A stretch of DNA of 58,162 nt, filler included, from Nemertoderma westbladi (taxonomy: Eukaryota > Animalia > Xenacoelomorpha), in the NCBI GenBank assembly GCA_032718475.1. It is 2 parts of 2 records of this genome, joined end to end, with 100 filler letters (N's around TTAATTAATTAA, not from the genome) between each part and the next. Parts side by side here need not be neighbours in the genome. Positions count along the whole stretch, not along the records: positions 1 to 28,610 come from JAUCBJ010000409.1; 1 more part is not named here. One strand, given 5' to 3'. Positions within the stretch are counted from its first letter, which is position 1, and each line of letters opens with the position of its first letter. Made by a program: the position numbers and the translations under genes. The notes under the pieces are model-generated. The model was not told the DNA's origin. It saw nothing but the letters and a program-made list of their open reading frames with translations, and did no database searches. Of the stretch, positions 1 through 12,500 are shown piece after piece.

Positions 1-27
1 ATAATGATAATATTATAAATACAATAA

Positions 28-312
28 CCTTACTTCGCCGTAGCTCGCCCCACAACTCATTAATGGCGCCCATATGCTAAGGCTTCACTCGCTTCATGGC
101 TCGCCCCATTTTTTCAATGTTGGAAAGGAATGAAGGGGACGTCGGGTGATGGTGGTAGTGGTAATGATGTTGTGGGTGAGGAAGAACTCACTTCACGGCT
201 CGCCCCCCATAAGTCTGTGTTTATTTACCTTTTTTAGTTGTTGCGTCATAACCTTACTTCGGCACTATCACTCACACTTCGGCGCTATCACTCACTTCAT
301 GGCTCGCCCCAT
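28..312. repeat. Dispersed repeat fragment with GCTCGCCCC repeats
   Basis: Internal repeats; a reverse-complement relative lies at ~48215-48265. Confidence 0.5.
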
Positions 313-2843
313 AGGTAGAATAATCAAATCATGTTAAAGACTTTTATAATAACAAACGTCTGCAACCCACTTACTATATTGGGTTTTACCTATTGCGGTT
401 CAAGGTCAAACGCCGACCGGTAGACACGAATTAATTAAATTACTTCCGCCTGCAAACTGGTCTTATACCGCGTATGTCACATATATACACAGCGGTGACA
501 TATGTTACATATGCACAATGGTAACCATGGTAACCATAGTAAGTGGGTGGGGCAACAATAGTAATCATAGTAAGTAGGCGGGGCAAGAGCCGTTCGGCAA
601 ATTCTTTAACATGGTAGACTATGGCAGACGCTGTCTCAATCACGTTGTTTAACGTACTACTGTGTTAACAATGTAACCATTGTACTTGTGGAATATGATT
701 CAGTTGGTGTTTGTAGAGTTGTGAGACCGGAACGGTTTTTAACCGTCATTGTGGTCAACATTACCGTGCTATTATATTCTGACTGTGCAATTATTATGTT
801 CTGTGATTATAACAACTGACAGTAAAACCTCAGTTATTTCAACGGCCTTCAGCCTCAATATCCAGACCACAGCCTATCAGCAGCATATGGATACGGCGAC
901 GCGTATAGCATCAAACACACACACCGGTTGGGATCCATACTGCCAACTCAAGGATCCCGTCACAACTACGTTTCTGTCAAAAACTCAGAGCTGGGATGAC
1001 GAAATCTACCAGCGGTTTCGTTGTGTGAAGGATCTGGGTTGTTGTTGACATATTTCAGCCAATCAGAGCGATCTCCCTTCCCCTGTGCTCTGTGCCCTAT
1101 ATGAAATGACGCAATGCGGCAAAATTCTGAGAATTCATTCATTCTGAGAATTCATTCATTCTGATGTTCTGACTGTTCTGACTTTGCCCAAAACATCAGT
1201 GGCCTAAGAGAGTCATAAGAACTCAAATCTATTAACGTATTTCATAACTCATTTCAAATGCATCTCATTTCATACACTGCAACGCACTACCCTACCCTAC
1301 TCTGACATACTGTTTTATACTATTGTTAATTGTTCTTATATATTAATGAATGTTTTATTTAGAGAATACTGATGAATAATCGTTAAATCCCCCTTAACTT
1401 TCTTAATTACTGAGGTAAGCAGAAGTAGCAATTGTGGCTCAATTCATAGTGGTCTGTGTGAATTTAATGCTATTTCATAACCCCAACGTATGTGAGTCGC
1501 AATCCTCCTTATATATGACTAAAATCGGTGACAGACGGTAAATCAGTGTGCGTTAGTGTAAATATTAGTGCAGAAATTTAGTCTGAAGGTTAATAAAGCA
1601 TTCCTAAAGAATGCGCCATTTGCGTTATCTTATTGCCACTAGTTGGAATTAGTGTCAGTCGTAACTCTGCTTGATACTTAAAGCGCCACGCCCCAAAGGA
1701 ACTGTAAATATTTCCCCGAAAGTAAATATAGTTGTCCGAGATTATATAGTAGTGATCAATTGAATAATACAAAGTAGCCTACTGTTCTATTTATAATAGG
1801 ATCCAGTCTCCCACACCCATGGGTCATACGCCGCGCTAGACTGGCTTCAGCTGATGTCAATTAGTACGGGCAATAGTCAATTCCTAAAACACTTAAATTA
1901 GCAGGTTAAACTGTTAAAGGTCTAAAAGCGCGAACAATATTCGATGACATAATTGTTATATTAGTCCATGGGCCAGCCAGCATAGGGGATTTTTTTTTTT
2001 GTAACCACCCGGAACTTTTTGGGAAGACCTAGCTTCTGGCCATTCATTTTGATATGATAACAAATCTGAATCGGTAGCTGACTTGGTGTTATCACCGGTT
2101 GTCATGGAAATGGTAAAACAACAAACATGCCCTAGTATTCTAGTAACTCAATATAAATTCATTGCATCTTTTGAAAAAGATAGCTACTGGTCTAACAATT
2201 CTAAATGTGACATAAAATTCTGGAATATAAGTATTGTTACCTTGGGAACGCTGCTAAATGAAAACTGACATGTTTTAGAAAAATAGCTACTATTCTAGAA
2301 CAATACCATTATTTTAAAAACAAATTGCCACATTTTATTGAATATTAGTTTTGGAAAATTTTGGTATACTGAGAGCTAAACTTGTTTTGTTATAACGGTG
2401 ATATATGGTTCCAAAGATATACCCATGTTTGAAATATTTTTATTTTTCATCAATTTAATCTCATTCCACTCTGTTTCAAAATAATGACTTTATAACAAAT
2501 ATTTATGCCAATAAAAAAAAACAATCAGATGTGACTACAAATCACTTTAAAATGACAAGTGACATCTAAATGGAATTTCAGACAACACTCCTTCACACAG
2601 GTTACCATGACTACCCCTACAGATGCAATTGAAGATGACTCAGATATGACACAAACAAATGACTTGACACCTACCACAAAAGAGAGGTTAGTTCTTTTAG
2701 TATATTCACTTCAATTTATATATTTATCATAATTGTTCCTAGATGATTTCAGCAAAGATGATTCCTTCGATAATGACATTTTTGAATACTAAATCCTCTT
2801 TATTTAATCCTACTTGGGCCGGGGGGCGTATTCCCAAACCTTA

Positions 2844-4241
2844 CAATTCAATTCATTAGTTTAATTCAGATAAACTGACAATAAAAACAATTATAAAAAT
2901 GCACGTTTTATAAGACATAAACGAATTCGCACGAATTACGACGGATCTAGGACAACTCCCCCCCCCCCCCCCCCCCCCCCAGGAGAGCCCCCCCCCCCCG
3001 GACACTTCCCCACCATAAAGGGGGAAGTACCCCGGGGGGGGGGGGGGAGTGTCCGGTCACCATAACGACAGATATAAGGCTTGAAGTAAAAGGTTTGACA
3101 ATATGTGACAGAATAAAATATTTAAAATCCATATAAAATCCATAAAAGTGTGATTGAGTCTGAGTCCCGAAACTGAAATAAAATGTGACGTATTAAAATG
3201 GATAAAAACGAATATGCGTGGAACGAATGAGGAATGTAGGTCGTTAAACTCGGTGTGGTTAAATATTAAATTAAACAATACAAAAGTAATCCTTGATTCG
3301 TCGCCGTTTGTCCGCCAAAGGAATTGATTGAAGATCGAAACACGCCGAGATAAATTCTGCGTAGAGGTTGGTGCGCCAAGTGTGAGCCGTTCCACGAGCG
3401 ATTTCTTGACGTAACGGTACATGAGCACCGATTCGATCTGTGGCAGCGGGTGCTCGGCTGCTGCGCTCCTGTACCCACTGAGCACCCCTTTATAGCGACC
3501 CTTGGCTCGGCTAGCTGCCAGACTGGCTGTAGCTAGACTGGTGAAGGCGCTGTTGAGCGCAATGTTAGGGCACTCGTTATGGCGCGCTAGCGTACCCACG
3601 ACCTGTCGGTAAGCTTCCTGGGAGATTGGTCTCAGATTGGTCAAGTTATATAGCTGCCCGATATAGCTGCCGACATTCAGTAGACTCCGGATGGCGTTTC
3701 GATAAACAACATCTAATTTATCGAGATCGCGTTGGTTTAAGGTACCGATATCGAGTTTCATAGAGTACATTATTGCCGGCAGGGCCAAGCTGCGCCACAA
3801 CTTGTAAACTGCCGCCACTGGCAGCCACCTCGTCGACCAACCCTTGGCCTGCAACATCTGTGCCAGGGCCACGATCTTCTGTACCGAGGCACCCAGGGGG
3901 TTAGTCTGCATCTGGGCCAGGTTATAGCCCAGGAAGTTGTACGGTTTGCGTTGAGCGACTAACTCACCACCGAGGTGAAGGAAAGTCGGCAGGTGAGAAT
4001 TCTTATTCCTCGAGAAAACAGACCAATTAATTTTATTATTTTCTACCGACAATTTTATTTCATTTGCGCTTCTTTTAAATATTTCGAATAATATTTCCAT
4101 GTCCTTTGAGGTGTCAGTCATCAGTAGAAAGTCGTCAGCGTAGGATATGGCCCCCAACCAGACAGATTTAATGTAACAACCGGCGTTAGATATCTCGAGG
4201 TTGTCCATGATGCTACGCGTGTATAATAGGTTAAACAACAC
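2844..4241 (-). mobile_element. 5'-truncated non-LTR retrotransposon (RT C-terminal half), open ORF 3057-4241
   Basis: GCYIKSVWLGAISYADDFLL (YADD motif) and thumb-like YNFLG motif. A 3' tail-like GAATTAAA/(TGAAT)n sits on the minus strand near 2844-2875. Confidence 0.8.
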
Positions 4242-4459
4242 ACTAGACTAGACACTATACTACACTATTAGGAAAAAATGATGTAAGGAATGGAGATAGG
4301 GTTCGAACTAGTGTAAGAGTTTTATACTCAGTTTGCAGGTAGAAAGTGTTCCAAACGCTGTAAGGAATGGAAAAATTGGGTGAAATCATGTAAGGGTTTT
4401 TACACCAACAGTATTGCATGAGTAGACTTAACATTTGATATTATTCTAGGCAGTAGAAC

Positions 4460-4670
4460 ATTGGGTTATGGTTTATACAGGGCTGCATGAGCTGCCCCCA
4501 CACATAAGGACCACACTGGCGCACAATATTGTTCTTTGGCAGCCCCATAGAAAAATAAGCATGATGGACAGCCCATGACTTTCTTAAGGCGCCTCCTAAA
4601 GGACACTGGCGTTGAAGATGCAGCTAATCTCACGAAAGTCTTGGGGGATAGGGAATTGTGGCGGAACTAA
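4460..4670 (+). mobile_element. Degenerate RTE LINE 3' fragment
   Basis: Encodes LWQP..GQPMTFLRRLLKDTGVEDA..DRELWR and is homologous to 37700-37815 and to 30892-31100. Confidence 0.75.
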
Positions 4671-6398
4671 GCTTATATACGATTGATAGTTGGCTCTGGA
4701 TAGGTGTCTCTCTTTAAACAATATTTACAAGGTGGCAGCAAGGTTGACTCGATTTCTCCATGTTTTGAACTGAAAAGACGACACTGAAGCTCGTTCACGT
4801 CATTAACTTCTGACATTCATGTAAAGCAATAAGTATTATGCATAAGTCAGGTCCAAGATTAGATGATATAGTGTTTATGTTACAATGCGTTTTTCTACTT
4901 TGAGATCAACACTTTTGATAAACCTGGCATTTCAGGACATCGTTTTCATCCCTTGTATTGTATTTGAGTTGGTTGAAGGTCATGATGGCATTGATTTGTG
5001 TCCATTTATTGCCGACACCCTCATTATGATCTCGAATATGAATGTCACATACTTGATCTAGTCTTTGACGTTTGCTATTGGATACACCCCCCCCCCCCCC
5101 CCCCCACCCCCACCATCCAGTGAGACCTGCCTCTGCACTGATGTCTATATTATTCTTAACTTTCCAACACATGTTAATATTCATCATAGGCGAACATCAG
5201 AATCGCAACTATCAGAATCGTATCTAGAGATTTAGAAAGTTTTATATGACAATTATATCTCAGGTGGTCAGATATTAATGACGTGAACGTGCTTCACTAT
5301 CGTCTTTTAATCTCAAAAAGTGGAGAAATTGAGTCAACCTTGCTGCCACCTTGTAAGTATTGTTTATACACCTGTATCCAAAGCCAACTACCAAGCGTAT
5401 ATTTGGAAAAAAGTTCAGTATCCATCATCAATGTACCTTCTCCCATTATACTGTAGGTCTGTCTGTTAGATGAGGAGGATATGATAATACCTGATTGGAT
5501 CTATGTTCTTCCAGCTCCATCATCAATCCTCTCTCTCTCTCTCTGCTGTATTGAAATTGTACTATGTCATGTAAACCACTAACGCATCTGCCTACAAAAT
5601 AAACTTCATTGCATTGAGTTGTACAAATCCAAGTAATGCACCAAATGGAAGGAGGCGGAACTGGAATGAATTGATGCACTTGACACTTCAGACGATGAAG
5701 ATGATTTCTAATACAGCAATAATTGTATCACATACATTACCTACTCGACTAAGAATACTCTATTTGCTCGGATGAAATCATACCAATTAAGAATACATAC
5801 ATACAAAATTATGTATTTATTATTAAATAAAGAGGATTTAGTATTCAAATATGCCATTATCGAAGGAATCATCTTTGCAGAAATCATCTAGGAACAATTA
5901 TGATAAATATATAAATTGAAGTAGTGAATATACTAAAAGAACTAACCTCTCTTTTGTGGTAGGTGTCAAGTCATTTGTTTGTGTCATATCTGAGTCATCT
6001 TCAATTGCATCTGTAGTGATAGTCATGATAACCTGTGAAGGAGTGTTGTCTGAAATGCCATTTAGATGTCACTTGTTATTTTAAAGTGATTTGTAGTCAA
6101 ATCTTGATTGTTTTTTATTGACATAAATATATATAGTGTAAATAAATGTATAGTGTTTTGGTTTATGATTTACTGTTTTTAAATTATTTTACATTATGTA
6201 CTGTGCAAATATAATTAGTGGCAGTGGTTTTCTAAGTAGTAGTTTGTATCACTAATGTAGTAAGTTCATTTATTTATTTGTGCTATTTACTATATACTCT
6301 CTTGACTCACTGTTGACTTAGGCATATGAAATGTTTTGACAAAAATCTTAAAAATTCTGAAGTATTAATTTTATAATTTTTTTATGCTTAAAATATAG

Positions 6399-6524
6399 AA
6401 GAACAACAACACAATGAATGCAGTGGATCTAAGAGTCAGTGGTATGACAGAGACGATCCTTCAGGAACTGGAGACTACGAGGTTCTTAAGGGACTCATGT
6501 CAACAAATGCCCAAGCTAAAGAAT
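6399..6524 (+). CDS. CysD (Mucin2_WxxW) domain exon A, copy 1
   Basis: The tag| acceptor is followed by EQQHNECSGSKSQWYDRDDPSGTGDYEVLKGLMSTNAQAKE, containing the W-x-DRDDPSGTGDYE CysD signature. The donor AAT|GTTAGA is weak but has the right phase. Confidence 0.85.
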
Positions 6525-9500
6525 GTTAGATGATATATTATAATATTAACGATTGTAACATAAATTAATCAACTCTCAATAAAGGTGAAATGTAGGGAAT
6601 ATCCTATTCCACTAGCTAAAATATTGACTTTTTTTAGCTACTCTGATGTATTTTTTAAATGATCTGAACGACTACTATAATCGGTCTGTTGCATTGAAAC
6701 TGCACATTTAGATGCTATGCCAGCCCAACAAAAACATTTTGTCACCACCGTGCAATCCACAATTGGCATGTCCAGTCCAATGCAGCGTGCATTAAGAATG
6801 CTATGCCGTCTTATCAACTGATACTGTTGTAATTCCTGTACATAGATAAAATGTAAATAGGAACAGTAAACCAACCAAATGCATCATTAAACATGCTAAG
6901 TAAGTAATAAGTATGTAGCCTTTGACAAATTAAATAAAGTTATGTTAAATATGGATGAGACAAGATATACAGTAGGAAAGACATTAAATCAGTCTAAAAA
7001 TAGTTGTATCTCATTACTGATAAGGTATCCTATGGCCATATGTGCAAATGAGTTCTGAAATAATTTGGTACGAACGTTGGGCATTATATATTTGCTGCAA
7101 AGTCAATGGTGACTCTATGACTGTGGAATTCAGTGTCTGACACACTGAAACTGAAAATTCCTATATTTACATTTTATATATATATTATTATATATTATAT
7201 ATTATATATATATATTATATATTATTTTACATATATTTATATTTACTTTATATTTACATATCATTCGAAATATTATTTCTACAGGGTTTTCTCAACACAA
7301 TTGTTTGGAACCAATATCATCCGAAGCTCGAACAAAACAAACACAAATCGATGCCAGGGCTACTGGAGATAGTTTTTCTATGTATTCAGCTGATGGTCTT
7401 ATTTGTAAAAACATTGAACAGAGTAGTGGACGTTGGTGTCACGATTATGAGATACAGTTTTGCTGCCCTGGTATGTATTAGTCCCACATAATATTACTTT
7501 ACTAGAAAGCCAGCAAGCTGGCTTTAATCGAACCTGCCCCTCAAACCATTACCCTGAGTGCGCGAAAATGAAAACACGAAAATTGCCATCAACTCAACGA
7601 TAGAAACACCAGCTGCTGGTACTCATGTGGGCCTAGTAAGCTACTACTATTTATTGAATGGAAATAGGCCCAAACTGCAGAGAAGTATATTACTTGCCAA
7701 TTTTATTACTATTTCACTCTAACCCAGACAGTAATCAAACATCAACTGTAAGTTTGTATAATGTATTATTACCCCACCAGATGAATAACTCTTCCCAGTG
7801 AATCCTATGGGAATATCATTGTAGGCACTGGGCCGTTCAAATGTTTTATAGGATGATGATAATGAATGATGAGGGACCCAACTACACTACGTTTGTCTAT
7901 ATGGACGGTCGTTTCTAGTTGAATCATAAATGAATGAATTTACTCTTTTAGACGAATTAGTGCGTTTTTTTTGCCGGAATAACATATTTTGTCGACGTTC
8001 TGTGCGAGATTGGCGATATTTGAAAAAATTCTGAGGCACAAATATGTTGCTCAGATGACTGAATATCTCAAATAAAAAAGTTGGTGCATACTCGACGAGT
8101 TGAAATCGGTGAAATTCGACTTTAAATTTTCAAAACCGCTATTTTTCAGTGACCCCGTGATCGAAACGCCACAAAAAAAATACAGTCTTGTGCACAACAA
8201 AAATTTGTTATTAAAATTCTTGCGTACCTGCTTGAGTTTTTGAGATATTGGATGGTTATACATATATACACACACACATAACCACATCGTGTTTATCGTG
8301 CTCAACTCTTGACAAGAACTACCCTGGCCTATTAATAGGCAGGTCCGTTATAATGTCCTTATTAATAAGTGATATAGAACCGTTCATAAAAATACCATTT
8401 ACTTTCATTTTGTTGAATATTGGAGATACAGATGGCCTAGTGCAATTCCTGGAGACCAACTTACAGTATAGTTGTAGCTATACAACATGTATGTTGCAGT
8501 CGTTTCACAATTTAGTGGTAATCAATAATTATTATCCCAGACCCAGACCTAGGCAAATGAATTTTGCATGGGATTCGCCCAACCCAAACCCAACTAAGGT
8601 AATGATCCTAAATTCGTCAACACTGGGGTCAATTTCTTTTAATAGCTAATAAATATCTGAGTTTATTTTTGTACCATCACATTGTTGTATTTTATGGATT
8701 TAATAGTGTTTAATTGAGAATTGGTAACATTTTTTCAAAATCCTACTCTAAAGATTTGTATCTATTTTCTGACAATTATTGTTTTAGATTACTTAGGGCT
8801 TGGAATATTAATGTGCGAATTATTTTTAAATTGTCATTTAACTCACATAGATTTATAGATTTATAATTGAACAGCTTTTACCTTTTGAACATCTATGTAT
8901 TATGATGCAGTCTCGGTTTGTAAATTTTGCAGATAGTTTACAATGTTCATCCAAACGCGCTATTAGATTTCTTGGTAACTTATGTTTATATGATTGCAGG
9001 TCGCTAATGAATGTAAAGTACATTTAAGTAATCTTCCAGTTGAACCAACTGATGTTCAACAATCCATTATAGAAAAAACCATAATAAAATTATATAGAGA
9101 TGTGTTCTAAATAGAAAATGATCTGTCTGCGATGCACATCCCAGACATGGATATTGCAATGGTGATACATCTTAAAGAAAATGCTTATGCTGTTCATGGA
9201 GCAGGACCAATATATATATATATCAGCATATATATACCATTATATCAGTATCATTGTAAACACTGCCCACCCTCCCACTCCTCCAAAACTAGGTTATGGA
9301 GCATCTACTAGCTCTGCCAGTGTCTACTAGCTTTGCTATTAGCTAGCTTACTGTTTCCTTACCTATTTCCACCCAAACACTCGATCCCTATTGTCAATAT
9401 TTAACTATGACTAAATTAAGTGGTGTAGGGTTTTGGAGTTACAACATCATATACTATAAAATTTTCTTCAGTTATTCTGTTTCTTCGGTTCTGACCATTG

Positions 9501-12500
9501 AAAGCAATCCTCATGAGGCAGGCAGTGCAGTTCATAAATATGCAGCATAAATTTATTTGATCTTATAACAATGTATTGAATGAAGCCTGCGAAAACTAGA
9601 ACTAAAACTAATGAGCATATTATTATTGTTAATCTGATATTTGAACATCATGGATGGGCTACCCATAACCATACATTTTTAGCTCTATCCAGTTAAATAT
9701 GTACATTTGCGATAATATTAGAGAATACTATTATATATAATGAAATTGTAAATAATAACTATTTTATAGTGAATCCTTGCTATGGTATTGATTGTAATGG
9801 TAAAGGAACATGTAACAATGTGGGAGGTGGTGCTGTATGTGACTGCAGCGTAGGTTATGATTCTGTTGGGGGCACTTGTGTTGGTAAGTAATATATTGTA
9901 TGTAAACTGCAATATACTGTAGCCTGTATATCTGTTCTTTTTCATACTATTATATAGTTTTTATTGACAAATATGTTACACAAAGGTAAGTAAAGATAAT
10001 GGTAGATTCTATATAATTAATTTAAATTAAATTAACGAGTATATTTTACAATTCTGTAATGTTTTCATAATTTGTTTCAATGTCATCATCTGTTGATTCT
10101 ATCTTGGCATCAATTTGGGTTGAACATATTCGTTCTGGTGTTCTTGTTATGGTTTTTTTTTTCTGATGGTCAGTTATTTTCCCATTCCAAAGCTTCATTG
10201 TCAAAATTGTCCAGACCGCCAAGACCATCTTACCTGTTTTCATACGATCATAAATCCTTCTCCATAACACACCATGAATCTAGGATTAAAACAATATTGG
10301 TGTGTCCTAGTCATCTTTAAACTTACTCCTTTCTTGATATTATAGATGAATTTCAAACTCATCCTTGAATTATTTTGAATAGACTGGATCCCGTATTTAT
10401 ATATTCTTTCTTAATTCAAAAATATTTCAAGACATCTGATATATTAGAACTACGTAAGATTTAAGCAATGAATCACTTTAAGAAAATATGTTGCATATAT
10501 TTTACTTATCATAATGTATTAAACACTGCAAAAACTATGTGTCAGTAATATTTTATTAATCAGTCATTGAAGATCATGGATAGGCAAAGCAATTCGTAAA
10601 ATGGTCATGGTCAGTTTTTTCAGCAATGTTTTCCCACGTTACCCAGTAAAAATAAATGTACCATTGAGGTAATATAAAAAAAGTAATTTAATGTAACTAA
10701 AAACCAACCACAACTATAATTAATATATAATAACTATTTTATAGTGAATCCTTGCCATGGTATTGATTGTAATGGTAAAGGAACATGTAACAATGTGGGA
10801 GGTGGTGCTGTATGTGACTGCAGCGAAGGTTATGATTCTGTTGGGGGCACTTGTGTTGGTAAGTAATATATTGTATGTAAACAGTAATATACTATAGCCT
10901 GTATATTTATTCTTTTTCATATTATTATATCTATTATATAGTTTTTATTGAGAAATATGTTACACAAATGTAAGTAAAGATAATGGTAGATTCTATATAA
11001 TTAATTTAAATTAAATTAACGAGTATATTTTACAATTCTGTATTGTTTTCATAATTTGTTTCAATGTCATCATCTGTTGATTCTATCTTGGCATCAATTT
11101 GGGTTGAACATATTCGTTCTGGTGTTCTTGTTATGGTTTTTTTTTCAGATGGTCAGTTATTTTCCCATTCCAAAGCTTCATTGTCAATATTGTCCAGACC
11201 GCCAAGACCATCTTACCTGTTTTCATACGATCATAAATCCTTCTCCATAACACACCATGAATCTAGGATTAAAACAATATTGGTGTGTCCTAGTCATCTT
11301 TAAACTTAGTCCTTTCTTGATATTATAGATGAATTTCAAACTCATCTTTGAATTATTTTGAATAGACTGGATCCTGTATTTATATATTCTTTCTTAAGTC
11401 AAAAATATTTCAAGACATCTGATATATTAGAACTACGTAAGATTTAAGCAATGAATCACTTTAAGAAAATATGTTGCATATATTTTACTTATCATAATGT
11501 ATTAAACACAGCAAAAACTATGTGTCAGTACATATTTTATTAATCAGTCATTGAAGATCATGGATAGGCAAAGCAATTCGTAAAATGGTCATGGTCAGTT
11601 TTTTCAGCAATGTTTTCCAACATTACCCAGTAAAAATAAATGTACCATTGAGGTAATATAAAAAAAGTAATTTAATGTAACTAAAAACCAACCACAACTG
11701 TAATTAATATATAATAACTATTTTATAGTGAATCCTTGCCATGGTATTGATTGTAATGGTAAAGGAACATGTAACAATGTGGGAGGTGGTGCTGTATGTG
11801 ACTGCAGCGAAGGTTATGATTCTGTTGGGGGCACTTGTGTTGGTAAGTAATATATTGTATGTAAACAGTAATATACTATAGCCTGTATATTTATTCTTTT
11901 TCATATTATTATATCTATTATATAGTTTTTATTGAGAAATATGTTACACAAATGTAAGTAAAGATAATGGTAGATTCTATATAATTAATTTAAATTAAAT
12001 TAACGAGTATATTTTACAATTCTGTATTGTTTTCATAATTTGTTTCAATGTCATCATCTGTTGATTCTATCTTGGCATCAATTTGGGTTGAACATATTCG
12101 TTCTGGTGTTCTTGTTATGGTTTTTTTTTCAGATGGTCAGTTATTTTCCCATTCCAAAGCTTCATTGTCAATATTGTCCAGACCGCCAAGACCATCGTAC
12201 CTGTTTTCATACGATCATAAATCCTTCTCCATAACACATTATGAATCTAGGATTAAAACAATATTGGTGTGTCCTAGTCATCTTTAAACTTAGTCCTTTC
12301 TAGATATTATAGATGAATTTCAAACTCATCTTTGAATTATTTTGAATAGACTGGATCCTGTATTTATATATTCTTTCTTAATTCAAAAATATTTCAAGAC
12401 ATCTAATATATTAGAACTACGTAAGATTTAAGCAATGAATCACTTTAAGAAAATATGTTGCATATATTTTACTTATCATAATGTATTAAACACTGCAAAA

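Larger units (their letters stand above)
1962..6147. mobile_element. Composite intronic insertion: degenerate Academ-like DNA transposon 3' parts in inverted orientation, with nested retroelements
   Basis: Absent at the paralogous site: 1930-1961 matches 17897-17928, and homology resumes at 6148/17935. It begins TAGTCC. Inverted repeats lie at 2497-2808/5822-6131 and 4672-4814/5267-5402. The frameshifted peptide GEIESTLLPPC..KANYQAYIWKK..W..LPAP plus a Cys-rich tail resembles the Academ-type C-terminal Cys-rich domain; this family assignment is from memory. Confidence 0.6.
6148..9890 (+). repeat. Segmental duplication copy 1 (CysD-A, CysD-B, EGF module)
   Basis: Near-identical to 17935-18080 plus 21774-25010. 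This copy lacks ~120 bp at ~9004 and has ~430 bp extra at ~9085-9512. Confidence 0.95.

Noticed and set aside
749-1048. 99-aa ORF as a possible first exon of the CysD-EGF gene
   Set aside because: It has a TTG start, no convincing phase-1 donor and no domain similarity.
2582-2686. Thr/Asp-rich candidate exon with AG and GTTAGT
   Set aside because: Its open frame ends in phase 2, which is incompatible with the phase-1 CysD exon, and it lies inside the transposon inverted repeat.
8248-8649. 133-aa ORF conserved at 23679-24080
   Set aside because: The conservation reflects the recent duplication. It has a non-ATG start, is intronic and shows no domain features.
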